Origin: Acidobacteriota bacterium
Lineage (GTDB): Bacteria; Acidobacteriota; Vicinamibacteria; Fen-336
Direction: 5' to 3'
Assembly (NCBI GenBank): GCA_003222295.1
Contig: QHVP01000062.1
Coordinates: 1 to 32,838, forward strand
DNA length: 32,838 bases
Every line of letters starts with the position of its first letter. The stretch's first letter is position 1. Shown one piece after another: positions 16,675-25,216 of the stretch. The position numbers were made by a program, and so were the translations under genes. Under the pieces are notes generated by a model, which saw nothing but the letters and a program-made list of their open reading frames with translations, did no database searches and was not told the DNA's origin.

Positions 16675-16754
16675 CCGCAACCGAAGACGGAATCCCCGGC
16701 GGTTCGCCGCCTTTCCGCGGTTCACCTCTGCCGCCATTCGCGAGGGCGTTGCAG
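16675..16754 (-). other. Structured palindromic intergenic element, attC-like; may instead or also act as a terminator
   Basis: Minus strand: CTGCAAC-5nt-CGCGAATG...GATTCCG-6nt-GTTGCGG. An internal GGCGG-TTCG-CCGCC hairpin lies at 16698-16711. Confidence 0.4.
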
Positions 16755-16766
16755 AGCGAATGCGTA

Positions 16767-17786
16767 TTACGGAGCCGAAGCGTTAAAGAGCAGACTGCGG
16801 CCGCCTCTACCACCGAGAAGAGTGAATCGGTCGTGAGAACCCTCGGGTCGGTAGCACATCACAAGATTCTGCACAGGCCCATAGGAGGCCACCTGCCTGC
16901 CGCTCCCGAGGTCATGTACAGCAACCCAACGCACCGAAGGCTGTTTGTCTTGGACCTCATAGATGGCGGCGAGGCGCGGGCCCGATATCTTCAGCGCCAC
17001 GAGGCCCGCACCCTTCTCCGGCGAAACAAGGTGGATCGTCCGGCTGATCTCGGCAGACGGCGTGATCGCGTATGCAGGACCGCTCTCGGGCGCGAAGTAG
17101 ACGTGGCCATCTGTCGCGGGCTCAGCGAAGCTCAAACCGTCCGTGGTGAGCCATGTCGAGCTGCTGAGCGCCGTGGGGGGCACCACGTCCCGTAAAGACT
17201 CGCCGTTCGCGGCCATGACAGCTACCCGAGGTTGTGCCGACCGCGCCCCGTGACCCGATCGGTAGCCCAGGAGAAGGATGTCGCCAGAATCAAAGACAGC
17301 GAATCGCTGCGCGACGATCTGACTGGGGTCCAATTCGACTTTCGACCTGAGCTGGCCGCCGTCGTCGAACGACGCGAGGTACTGACGTGTGCCGGCTTCC
17401 GCTCGGACATCCGCCAGGACAGTCAGCTGGCCTTGGGTGTCGAGCGCCATCGCATTGATGGTGACGTCAGACGAGTCCGCCACACAGAGAGTCGATGGCA
17501 GGCTGAACGTGGTCGGCGACTTTCCGTCAGCCGATACCCGAACGACGATGGCGGGGGCCTTGACGGTGCCTGGTAGCCCCGGGATGAAGAAAACGTTCCC
17601 CTCGGTGTCGCACCGAAACCCACCGACGAACAGCCTGAAGTTGTGGGTATTGAAGGGAGTCTCATCCGTGACTTGAAGCCTGGCCGACCTGACCGACGAC
17701 GTCAGCGATTCCTCGCGGCCCAACTGCCCTGCCAGTGCGAGAGCTGGCACGAAACACAGCGCGTAGATACAGACGGATTGTTTCAC
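16767..17786 (-). CDS. Exported hypothetical protein, probably beta-propeller-like, in an A/T-richer island
   Basis: AAGGAGG RBS then GTG at 17786; signal peptide; repeated strand-turn motifs (CDTEGNVFF, LDTQGQLTV, FDSGDILL, TDGHVYF); codon usage visibly differs from the flanking genes. Confidence 0.7.
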   Translation of the reverse strand: MKQSVCIYALCFVPALALAGQLGREESLTSSVRSARLQVTDETPFNTHNFRLFVGGFRCDTEGNVFFIPGLPGTVKAPAIVVRVSADGKSPTTFSLPSTLCVADSSDVTINAMALDTQGQLTVLADVRAEAGTRQYLASFDDGGQLRSKVELDPSQIVAQRFAVFDSGDILLLGYRSGHGARSAQPRVAVMAANGESLRDVVPPTALSSSTWLTTDGLSFAEPATDGHVYFAPESGPAYAITPSAEISRTIHLVSPEKGAGLVALKISGPRLAAIYEVQDKQPSVRWVAVHDLGSGRQVASYGPVQNLVMCYRPEGSHDRFTLLGGRGGRSLLFNASAP

Positions 17787-17807
17787 TGAGCCCTCCTTGC
17801 GCATTCG

Positions 17808-18132
17808 TTAGGGCGGTTCGCCATCCTCAAAGCCTGTGGTGCATTCCGTGCGGTCGGCTGCCCTCGATCGGCGATCCTAACGCCACGTGGCACACGGGTT
17901 GGCACGGATTCTCTATTGGGTTCACAGCCCGCACAGAACGTGTTGGACGGCATAGTGGAATTGACCCGATTTCGTGGACACCCTGGGAGAGGCGTATATG
18001 GGTGTCCTCATGGCGAAGCGGAAGCGACGGGTGCCTGGGAGGGTGTACGAGGCAATAGGTCTGGCTCTCGGCGGCGCACGGTTGCCACAGCAGCACCACT
18101 ACGGCTGGAACGAAGCGTCCTAGAATTCTCAT
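17808..18132 (-). CDS. Small exported Cys-containing protein, possibly frameshifted
   Basis: ATG at 18132 with GAGGG upstream; signal peptide MRILGRFVPAVVVLLWQPCAAES. The ORF stops at 17827, but Cys-rich segments in other frames run to a TAA at 17808-17810. Confidence 0.45.
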
Positions 18133-18600
18133 CGAGTTCCCTCTTATCTCCCAACCGAACCGGCTGCACGTACACGGCGCGGCGGCCATCGAGTGCCGAG
18201 GAGATCGACTTAATCTGAGGTTGGTCTTTGTCCATCACTTGAGAAGACTTGCGAAAAGAGAGACACACTCATCCAATTCTGGCCGACTGGACGTGCCAAG
18301 TTGTGATCACACTCGGCCGTTTTTAGGCCTTTGTGTCAAGTTGGGACCCTGAGCCAATCCTGTCGAGAGGCATTTTCGACGTCCGATTATCCATCGATCG
18401 CCCAAAGCTCACTTAGCCAACCCGCGGCGTTGTGGCGCCGCCTTCTCGCCGTACGGCCGTCTTTCCTCATCGGTGGTCGCGTCTTTAGCGGGCGCTCCCG
18501 AACCACTTCGACGGGCGGTCGCGGCCCCCTCCTGAAATCCCTTATCGCTCGTCGCCGCTGTGCGGCGCCGAGCTCCCCGGTCGGTTCGAGGAGGCGGCGC

Positions 18601-19409
18601 CTAAGCGGTCCGCGCCGCGAACCAGCTGACGATTCTCGCAAGCACTTCCTCGCGGCCGATGTCGTTGAGCATCTCGTGGAAGAAGCCGTCCCACCACACG
18701 AACTCGACGACTTCGGGGGCCGCCTGCGCGAACTGCCGGGCGGCCTCCGCGTCGACCAGCCGATCGTCGCCGGAGGCCATGAGCAGGGTGGGGACGCGTA
18801 GCCGCGCCGCGCTTGCCCGCACTTCGCGCTGGGCCCGCCCGATGGCCCGCAGCCATCCCGGGGACGCGGCGTGGCTCACGAGCGGATCGCGCGCGTAGGC
18901 CTCGCCTACGGCCGGATCGCGCGAGAGCACGCGCACGTCGATGTGCTTGGGCATCGGGACGCGGGGGGCGACCCGGAGCATCACGTGGGCCAGGGCCCGG
19001 ATGAATGCGGACGGACGCGAGGAGGGGTGGACGGCCAGGAACGGGGACGTGACCACGAGGCCGTCGAGCAGGCCGGGATCCTCGAGGGCCAGCTTCAACG
19101 CGATGAGCCCTCCCTGCGAATGACCCAGGATGAACAACGGGCGCGCCGGCGGACGTAGTCCTCGATACGGTCGACGTGCACGCGTCCGCCTTCGCTCTTG
19201 CCGTGCCCCCGGTAATCGACGGCATGCACGGCGAAGCCGGCGTCGGCCAGGGCGGCGGCGGTGGCCGCGTATCGCTCGGAGTGCTCGGCCAGGCCGTGCA
19301 CGATGAGAATGGCCGCGCGCGGCGTCCGCGGCCGCCACGACTGACCAAAGAGGGCCGGACCTCCAGGTGCGCGCACCGCCCATTCGCTCCGAACGAGATC
19401 GGCGGCCAT
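18601..19409 (-). pseudogene. Alpha/beta hydrolase (lysophospholipase / monoacylglycerol-lipase-like), split by a frameshifting deletion near 19150
   Basis: The 5' frame carries IVHGLAEHSERY and DYRGHGKSEG. The 3' frame carries LGHSQGG, SGDDRLVD and FFHEMLND. The helix normally found between DYV and PLFILGHS is missing. Confidence 0.85.
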
Positions 19410-19440
19410 CGCGCGCCGTAGTGTAGATCGGTCCACTTCC

Positions 19441-20607
19441 TCAGGGATTCGCTGGCCTGCGGCCTCCATCTGTGGACGCCTGTCCGCCAAGTGGCCGCGA
19501 TCGACTCTCCGAGTGAGGACTCGTTCCAGAACCAGTTCCGTTTATTCGCATCCGCCGCTTGCCCGGCCCGTAGAACAGATCGGCCTCATGTCCGTTGTGG
19601 GCCCGACACCGCAACTCGATGTTGTCCGCCGTCGCCTTACCACCGGCCCCAAATGGAATGACATGGTGGAACTCCAGGAAGCGCCGCTCGTCGCACCGGC
19701 GACCGTCGGGAGCGACGAAGCCGCACCGGCGCTCGTCGCGCGTTTCGACGAAGCGTTTCACCTCCGCCACGATGTGGCGCGAGTCCGCCGACTGGCCGCG
19801 GCTCCGGCGCGGCCGCCCGGTGGCGGCGAACTTCTTCCTCGAGAGATCGGCGACGAGAAGGGTCAGCGCCCGGTCGAAGACCTGGGCGAGGTCACCGCTG
19901 GGAATGGCGTGCCCAAGCAGGTCCTGCGCGAGACGCAGCTTCTCACGCATCTCCGCGCTGGCCGTGAAGCGGATCTCGTACCGCTCGGGGGCGAGCGGGC
20001 GGACCACCGGCCGCGGAGCCGCCGGCACCGGTAGAACGGGCGGTGCCTTGGCACCAGCGGCGGCCGGAGGCGCCGCCGCGAGCGGCTCGCCACGCACGAC
20101 AGGAGGACAGGTATTCGGCGCGGGCGCGACCGCCGGCGCCACCTCTACCGCGGACGCCACCGGCCGGCTCGGGACCTTGCGCACGCGCGCGGGCACGTCG
20201 GGTTGCGGGAAGCGGCGCGCCAGCAGCTCCTCGACCGCCCGCTTTCCCTTGCCCGAGGCCGCGGCCAGGAGCTCCTCGTGGCTCTCAGGCGTCAGGCGGG
20301 GCGCGAGGAGACGCACGGTGGTGGGGCTCAGCGCGCCGCTCTCGAGCCTCTCGATGATGACGGGATAGTCTCGGGCCGCGCGCGCTGTCTTGATCCGGTT
20401 GTAGACGGCATCCTCGGAGAGATGGAGCACGGCCATGCAGTACTTGAACAGGGAGGAGTATCCCGGGCCCTCGAAGAGGCGGCGCGCGTCGAACTCTGCG
20501 AGATGCACGATCAGGGCCGCCGTGGCCTCGCGCTCGCAGCGGGCGAGGCGGCTGAGCTCGGCGGTGAGCTCGTCGTTGCTGAGGTGCGACGCATGCGTGA
20601 TCTTCAT
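19441..20607 (-). CDS. HNH endonuclease with long helical N-terminal domain (DUF222 / 13E12-like architecture)
   Basis: C-terminal RD..RCGF.....RC....FLEFHHVIPFGAGGKATADNIELRCRAHN. N-terminal LSNDEL...LIVHLAEFDARRL...GYSSLFKYC...LHLSEDAVYNRI. Confidence 0.88.
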   Translation of the reverse strand: MKITHASHLSNDELTAELSRLARCEREATAALIVHLAEFDARRLFEGPGYSSLFKYCMAVLHLSEDAVYNRIKTARAARDYPVIIERLESGALSPTTVRLLAPRLTPESHEELLAAASGKGKRAVEELLARRFPQPDVPARVRKVPSRPVASAVEVAPAVAPAPNTCPPVVRGEPLAAAPPAAAGAKAPPVLPVPAAPRPVVRPLAPERYEIRFTASAEMREKLRLAQDLLGHAIPSGDLAQVFDRALTLLVADLSRKKFAATGRPRRSRGQSADSRHIVAEVKRFVETRDERRCGFVAPDGRRCDERRFLEFHHVIPFGAGGKATADNIELRCRAHNGHEADLFYGPGKRRMRINGTGSGTSPHSESRSRPLGGQASTDGGRRPANP

Positions 20608-20698
20608 GGGCTGTTGATATCACGGAGACGTGCCAACTAAGGACCGAATGGAAGGTGACTATCAATGTGTTGGTGTCGAACTCGCTCCGGAACCAGTT
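19518..20698 (-). mobile_element. Candidate HNH mobile element bounded by direct copies of a 20-bp imperfect palindrome
   Basis: GACTCGTTCCAGAACCAGTT (19518-19537) and AACTCGCTCCGGAACCAGTT (20679-20698) are 17/20 identical. Mobility is inferred. Confidence 0.55.
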
Positions 20699-20883
20699 GA
20701 ATCACGTTCAGAGACTCATTGTGATTCTGGGAAGTGGCAACGACAACTCAAGTCGCCGTAAACCTCCTCGGTGACCCGGCCTCGCCGCAACGCCACATCC
20801 GACCCGCCTGACGTGGCCGACTCCATTCCTCCGACCGCGGCCGTGACGACGGGGTCTCCACGATGGCCGCGACAGCCGCGACG

Positions 20884-20912
20884 TTGACGCCTGCGCGCCG
20901 CGGCCGTAGTGT
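20884..20912 (+). promoter_or_regulatory. Sigma-70 promoter, probably for a leaderless transcript
   Basis: TTGACG(20884)-N17-TAGTGT(20907), then 8 nt to the ATG at 20921; no SD. Confidence 0.65.
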
Positions 20913-20920
20913 TCGCGGCC

Positions 20921-23158
20921 ATGACGCCGAGGCACGCGCGCGAGACCGGCGTCGCCCTCGCGCTCTACGCGGTGCTCGTCTTCCTCAGCTTCCTGCCGCA
21001 ATCGCTGCGGCCGCGCGACACCATCGCGTATGTCGGCGATTCGCTGGAGAGCGTGTACATCGTCGCCTGGAACGTGCACCAGTTCTTCCGTTCGCCCGCG
21101 CACCTCTTCGACGCCAACGTCCTCTTCCCGCACGCGCGCGCGCTGGCCTTCACCGACCATCGGCTGCTCCCCTCGCTCGCCGTCGCGCCCGTGCAGTGGG
21201 CGACGGGGGACCCCGTCCTGGCCACGAACGTGGCCCTGGGTCTGGTCTCCCTCCTCGCGGCCATGGGCGGGCGACGGCTGGCCATGGTGCTGGGGCTGCC
21301 GCCGGTGGCGGCCTGGGCCGCGGGCGCCCTCTACGCGTTCCACACGTATCAAGTGAACGAGGGGCCCCGGCTCAACATCGTGGCGCACGGCTTCGTGGCC
21401 TTCGCCCTGGCCGAGCTGGTCCTCTACCTCGAGACGGGCCAGCGAAGGCGCGCCTGGCGCACCGCCGGCTTCATGCTGCTCCAGGGCCTGAGCTCGAACT
21501 ATCACCTTCTCTATGGCGCGCTCGTGATCGCGCTCGTCGTGCTGGGCGCGCTGGCCCTGCGCCCGCGCGTCGTGGCCCCGCGCCTTCCCGTGCTCGGGGC
21601 GGCCGCGCTGGCCGCAGCCCTGCTCTTCGCGCCCATCGCCGCCCCCTACCTCCGCACTGCGCGCGAGCAGGGCTACGTGCGCGAGCTGGGACCGGGCATC
21701 GGCCTCGAGCACTACCTTTCGACGTCGCCGACCAACCTCTTCTATGGCGCGATGGGGACGGAGGTGCGCCTGCAGCAACGGGGTCCGCACTTCGTCGGGT
21801 TCCTCTCCCTGGGACTCGCGCTGTTGGCGCTGGCGGAGTGGGCGCTTCGTCGTCGCCATCACGCCGAAGACGGCGCCGTCCCGCCTTCGATCTGGGTGCC
21901 GGCCGCGGGCGCGTTGGCCCTCGTGCTGGTGCTGCTCTCCCTGGGCCCCGACGTGACGGCGTGGGGCCATCGCCTGGGGCCTGGTCCCTATCGGCTCCTC
22001 TACCGATGGGTGCCGGGCTTCCAGCTCGTGCGCATTCCGGAGCGCCTGGGACTCCTGGCCATGCTGTTCGTCGGCCTGCTCGCGGGACGCGGGCTGTGCC
22101 TCCTGGAGACGCGGGGCGCCCGTGTGGGCGCCGTGCTCCTGGCCGCGCTCATCCCCCTCGAGCACGTCGGCCCCCTGGCCGTCAGTGAGCGCGTTCCCGT
22201 CGGGAGGCGGGTTCCCGAGTACGTGGGCTGGCTGGCCGCCAACCCGGCGCACGCGATCGCCGAGGTGCCGATCCACGGCGAGGGGCTCGTGCGCGAGGAG
22301 ACGGAGGAGATGTATTTCTCCGCCTATCATTTCAAGCCGATCATCCACGGCTACACCGCCTACCCGCCGCTGCTGAGCCGGCTGCTGCGGCGCGTGGCCG
22401 CCGAGTTCCCCTCGGAGACCGCGCTCCAGACCTTCACGCGTCTGGGGATCGACACCGTCGTCGTGCATCATGGGCGGTCCGTGGGCGGCGACCTCGCCCG
22501 GCGCCTGCGGGATACCGGCCAGCGCAGTCCCGAGCCCTTCCGCCGGCTTCTCCGGCTGGCGGATCTTGATCTCGAGAGTCGCCTTCCGGGCGCGGTCGCC
22601 ACCCGCCGTATCGAGCGGCTCGCGCGCTTCGAGGGTGCCCCGGCCCACCTCTACGAGAGCGCGGCGGACGAGATCTACCGCGTGCTTCCGGCCGCGGCCC
22701 ACGCGCCCGCGCCCTTCCCGCGCGGCCAGCGCCGGCTCGATCCCGCCTGGCACTACCGCACCAAGATCGGCGATCCCGCTCCGGCCGCGGACGGCGACCC
22801 CGCGACCTCGTGGCGCGTGCCGCGATTCCTGCTCGGCGACGAGTTCTTCGAGATCACGTTCGACCGTCCGCTGCGCGTGGCCGGGGTCGTCCTGCCCCTG
22901 CGGCGCGACAGCGCCTTCCCGACCCGCTTCCGCGTCGCGGGACGCGTTCCGGGCCGCGGCTGGATGGAGCTGGCGCGCCTGGACGAGGCGCACGTGCTGC
23001 AGCTCGTGGACCGCCTCCGTGGGGACCTCGGGCGCGCGGCCCTCGGCTTCGACCTCGGCGGCCGGCCCCTGGAGGGGATCAGTCTCCTGGTGGACGAGGC
23101 GGGGACGAGCTTCGACGGCTGGTCGCTTCCGGAGGTGGAGGTGTGGACTCCGGAATGA
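20921..23158 (+). CDS. Multi-pass membrane protein, probable GT-C-fold glycosyltransferase (YfhO-like), with C-terminal periplasmic domain
   Basis: GDSL..YIVAWNVH...LFDANVLFPHARALAFTD, PYRLLYRWVPGFQLVRIPERL, HFKPIIHGYTAYPP, and a discoidin-like AADGDPATSW. Confidence 0.7.
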   Translation: MTPRHARETGVALALYAVLVFLSFLPQSLRPRDTIAYVGDSLESVYIVAWNVHQFFRSPAHLFDANVLFPHARALAFTDHRLLPSLAVAPVQWATGDPVLATNVALGLVSLLAAMGGRRLAMVLGLPPVAAWAAGALYAFHTYQVNEGPRLNIVAHGFVAFALAELVLYLETGQRRRAWRTAGFMLLQGLSSNYHLLYGALVIALVVLGALALRPRVVAPRLPVLGAAALAAALLFAPIAAPYLRTAREQGYVRELGPGIGLEHYLSTSPTNLFYGAMGTEVRLQQRGPHFVGFLSLGLALLALAEWALRRRHHAEDGAVPPSIWVPAAGALALVLVLLSLGPDVTAWGHRLGPGPYRLLYRWVPGFQLVRIPERLGLLAMLFVGLLAGRGLCLLETRGARVGAVLLAALIPLEHVGPLAVSERVPVGRRVPEYVGWLAANPAHAIAEVPIHGEGLVREETEEMYFSAYHFKPIIHGYTAYPPLLSRLLRRVAAEFPSETALQTFTRLGIDTVVVHHGRSVGGDLARRLRDTGQRSPEPFRRLLRLADLDLESRLPGAVATRRIERLARFEGAPAHLYESAADEIYRVLPAAAHAPAPFPRGQRRLDPAWHYRTKIGDPAPAADGDPATSWRVPRFLLGDEFFEITFDRPLRVAGVVLPLRRDSAFPTRFRVAGRVPGRGWMELARLDEAHVLQLVDRLRGDLGRAALGFDLGGRPLEGISLLVDEAGTSFDGWSLPEVEVWTPE

Positions 23159-25079
23159 GCGGGTGGATGGCGAGACGCGCGCTCCGGCCGTGCACGCGCC
23201 ACGATCCCTCGAGCTGGTAGGGCAGCCAGGTGCGCTTGTACGGCTGGACGACCAGGCAGAGCGCGTGCGTGCCCGGCTCCAGCCGCCACCACGCCTCCTG
23301 GCCTTCCGGCACCGTTTCCGCGCGGCACACTCCGGGGGCCACGAAGACACCCACGTCGGCGGAGCCTTTCGAGACGCGGAAGCCCACGTCCGTATCGCGC
23401 CGGACCTCGGCGCAGGTGATCCAGGTCTCGCCCGGGCGCGGCATGCGGAGGAGTGAGAACGCCGTCTCGCCGTCGCTCGACTGCCGCGTGTAGTCCAGCG
23501 TCGCGGGGCATACCGTGCCCGCGAAGGGATCCGGCACCCGCCGCCGCGCGTCGTAGAGGAATCGATTGAAGGTGTCGTCGTCGATCCAGTACCAGAGCCA
23601 GGTATGGCCCAGGTGGCCGTCCGGCCGCAGGTGCTCGCGCAGCCAGCGGTACTGCTCGAAATCGCCGACGCCGGCGACGAGGTTGAGGTCGATGACGTTG
23701 CGGCCGGGCAGGATGTGGACGGGATCGACGCGCGCGGCGCCCCATTCGCGCGCGGCCAGCCAGTCGTCGATGCGCTCGCGGTTCTGGCCCCAGTCGATGT
23801 TGGAATCGGCGAGCAGCCGATAGGCCAGGCGTTTGGGCTGCACGGCTGCGTTCGTGAACGAGAGCGGGTTGCCCAGATAGGTGGCGTTCTCGGCCAGAGC
23901 CGTGACGACGACGGCCCCGGCCATCGCCGTCCAGAGTCGCCGCGGCGGGAGCGTGGCCACCCCGGCCGCCGCGATCACGTAGGCCAGGGGCAGGGCCATC
24001 AGCACGTAGCGATATCCCACCTGCACTCGGAACAGCACCGAGAAGTACACGAGGATGAAGGCGAGGTTCGCGGCCAGCAGCCGCAGGAGAGGATGGCGTC
24101 GAAGCTCGGGATGCCTCGCCGCGCGCGCGAGGCCCCAGACCTGGGCCGCGAGCAGAAGCACCGGCGTCTTCAGTGCCCATAGGACCGCGAAGTACCACCA
24201 GACGCCGCTTGGGTAGCGCCGGCCGAGGGCGACGACGTTCCAGTCGCGCCGGTCCGTGGCCAGGGTCGCGTCGAACATCGTCAGGAACGGGGCCGGCAAC
24301 GGAACCCGCAGATTCGGAAGGGCAGACGCGGCGCGCAGGAAGGGAGCCGATCTCAGGGCAAGCGAACCGAGGGGCCGCCCCATTTCACGCAGCAGGTACG
24401 CGCCGGAGATCGCGGCCCAGGCACAGAGGAGGGTACCGGCGAGGAACAGGGCAAGGCGGCGTAGGGGCACGGCGCCGGTCTCGTGGCGCGCGACCAGCGG
24501 CAGGATGGCGAGGCCGGGCAGGAGGACGAACGCCGTGACCTTGGCCACGAGCGCGATTCCCAACGTGACGCCGAGCAGGGCGGCGTGGGCCGGCGAAGGT
24601 CGCTCCCAGAGCCGGTGGGCAGCCAGGATCGTGGCCAGCGTGGCGCACGCGAAGGGCACGTCCGAAGTGGCGAGGCTTGCATGCGCGGCCAGGTTCGGAT
24701 CGAGGGCGGCGGCGGCCACGGCGAGCGCGCCGGAAAGGGGCCCGATCTCCCGGCCGGCGGCGTAGACGAGAAGAAGCAGCAAGGCCAGCCAGAGCGCGGA
24801 CGGGGCGCGGGCAAAGAAGCGGAGGGCGCCGGCATCGGTCATACCGGCGGCGCGGGCCGCCTTTCGCGCGAGCACGGCCGGCACCATGATCGGGGTCTTG
24901 GAGTTCAGCCGCTCCTGGCTGGTGCGCTCGCTGACCCCGGTGTCGAGGAAGCGCTCGCTCCACGTCAGGTGGAACGCCTCGTCGTAGGTCCATCCCTCAC
25001 GGGCCGCGGACCAGAGGGCGTGGCCGACGGCGCCGCTGGCGAGGGCCAGGGCCAGCACGTGCGCGGACCACGGGCGCAC
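23079..25079 (-). CDS. ArnT/PMT-like (GT39/GT83) membrane glycosyltransferase
   Basis: TYDEAFH, ALDPNLAAHASLATSD, ALVAKVT, WWYFAVLWALKTP, VQVGYRYVL and LADSNIDWGQ. Confidence 0.85.
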   Translation of the reverse strand: MRPWSAHVLALALASGAVGHALWSAAREGWTYDEAFHLTWSERFLDTGVSERTSQERLNSKTPIMVPAVLARKAARAAGMTDAGALRFFARAPSALWLALLLLLVYAAGREIGPLSGALAVAAAALDPNLAAHASLATSDVPFACATLATILAAHRLWERPSPAHAALLGVTLGIALVAKVTAFVLLPGLAILPLVARHETGAVPLRRLALFLAGTLLCAWAAISGAYLLREMGRPLGSLALRSAPFLRAASALPNLRVPLPAPFLTMFDATLATDRRDWNVVALGRRYPSGVWWYFAVLWALKTPVLLLAAQVWGLARAARHPELRRHPLLRLLAANLAFILVYFSVLFRVQVGYRYVLMALPLAYVIAAAGVATLPPRRLWTAMAGAVVVTALAENATYLGNPLSFTNAAVQPKRLAYRLLADSNIDWGQNRERIDDWLAAREWGAARVDPVHILPGRNVIDLNLVAGVGDFEQYRWLREHLRPDGHLGHTWLWYWIDDDTFNRFLYDARRRVPDPFAGTVCPATLDYTRQSSDGETAFSLLRMPRPGETWITCAEVRRDTDVGFRVSKGSADVGVFVAPGVCRAETVPEGQEAWWRLEPGTHALCLVVQPYKRTWLPYQLEGSWRVHGRSARLAIHPLIPESTPPPPEATSRRSSSPPRPPGD

Positions 25080-25216
25080 GGGGGTCAGCGCGCTCCGGTC
25101 CGGCGGCCCCGTGGCGGCACGCCGCGGATTCTACACACGCGGCGCGCGTCCCCGCGGCGCTCCTCTCCGTGACACACTGATAAGTAAGGTCGACCGGCCT
25201 TTCGAGGAGTCCCGCC

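Noticed and set aside
16698-17822. 11-bp direct repeat GGCGGTTCGCC on both sides of the propeller gene as a target-site duplication
   Set aside because: It is short and GC-rich, and the second copy lies inside the island rather than at its compositional edge.
18302-18311. TGTGATCACA palindrome as a CRP site (tempting given the cNMP proteins)
   Set aside because: CRP sites need a 6-bp spacer between TGTGA and TCACA, and the cNMP proteins here lack a DNA-binding HTH.
18387-18641. Arg-rich minus-strand ORF between the island and the hydrolase
   Set aside because: No RBS, overlaps the hydrolase end, and has no recognisable motif; at most a gene remnant.
18290-20636. Shared 10-mer GACGTGCCAA at 18290 and 20627 (TTGGCACGTC on the minus strand) as sigma-54 promoters or element ends
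   Set aside because: Neither copy has GC at the -12 position, and a single 10-bp match is compatible with chance.
20716-20826. Short minus-strand ORF MESATSGG...FPESQ upstream of the HNH gene
   Set aside because: The GGAGG sits essentially against the ATG (unusable spacing), and the peptide has no supporting features.
20708-23350. Long antisense or off-frame ORFs (880 aa here; also 5289-7451, 9014-10714, 14811-16445, 26582-28603, 29800-31389)
   Set aside because: They overlap well-supported genes, lack recognisable motifs, and are expected from stop-codon scarcity at this GC content.
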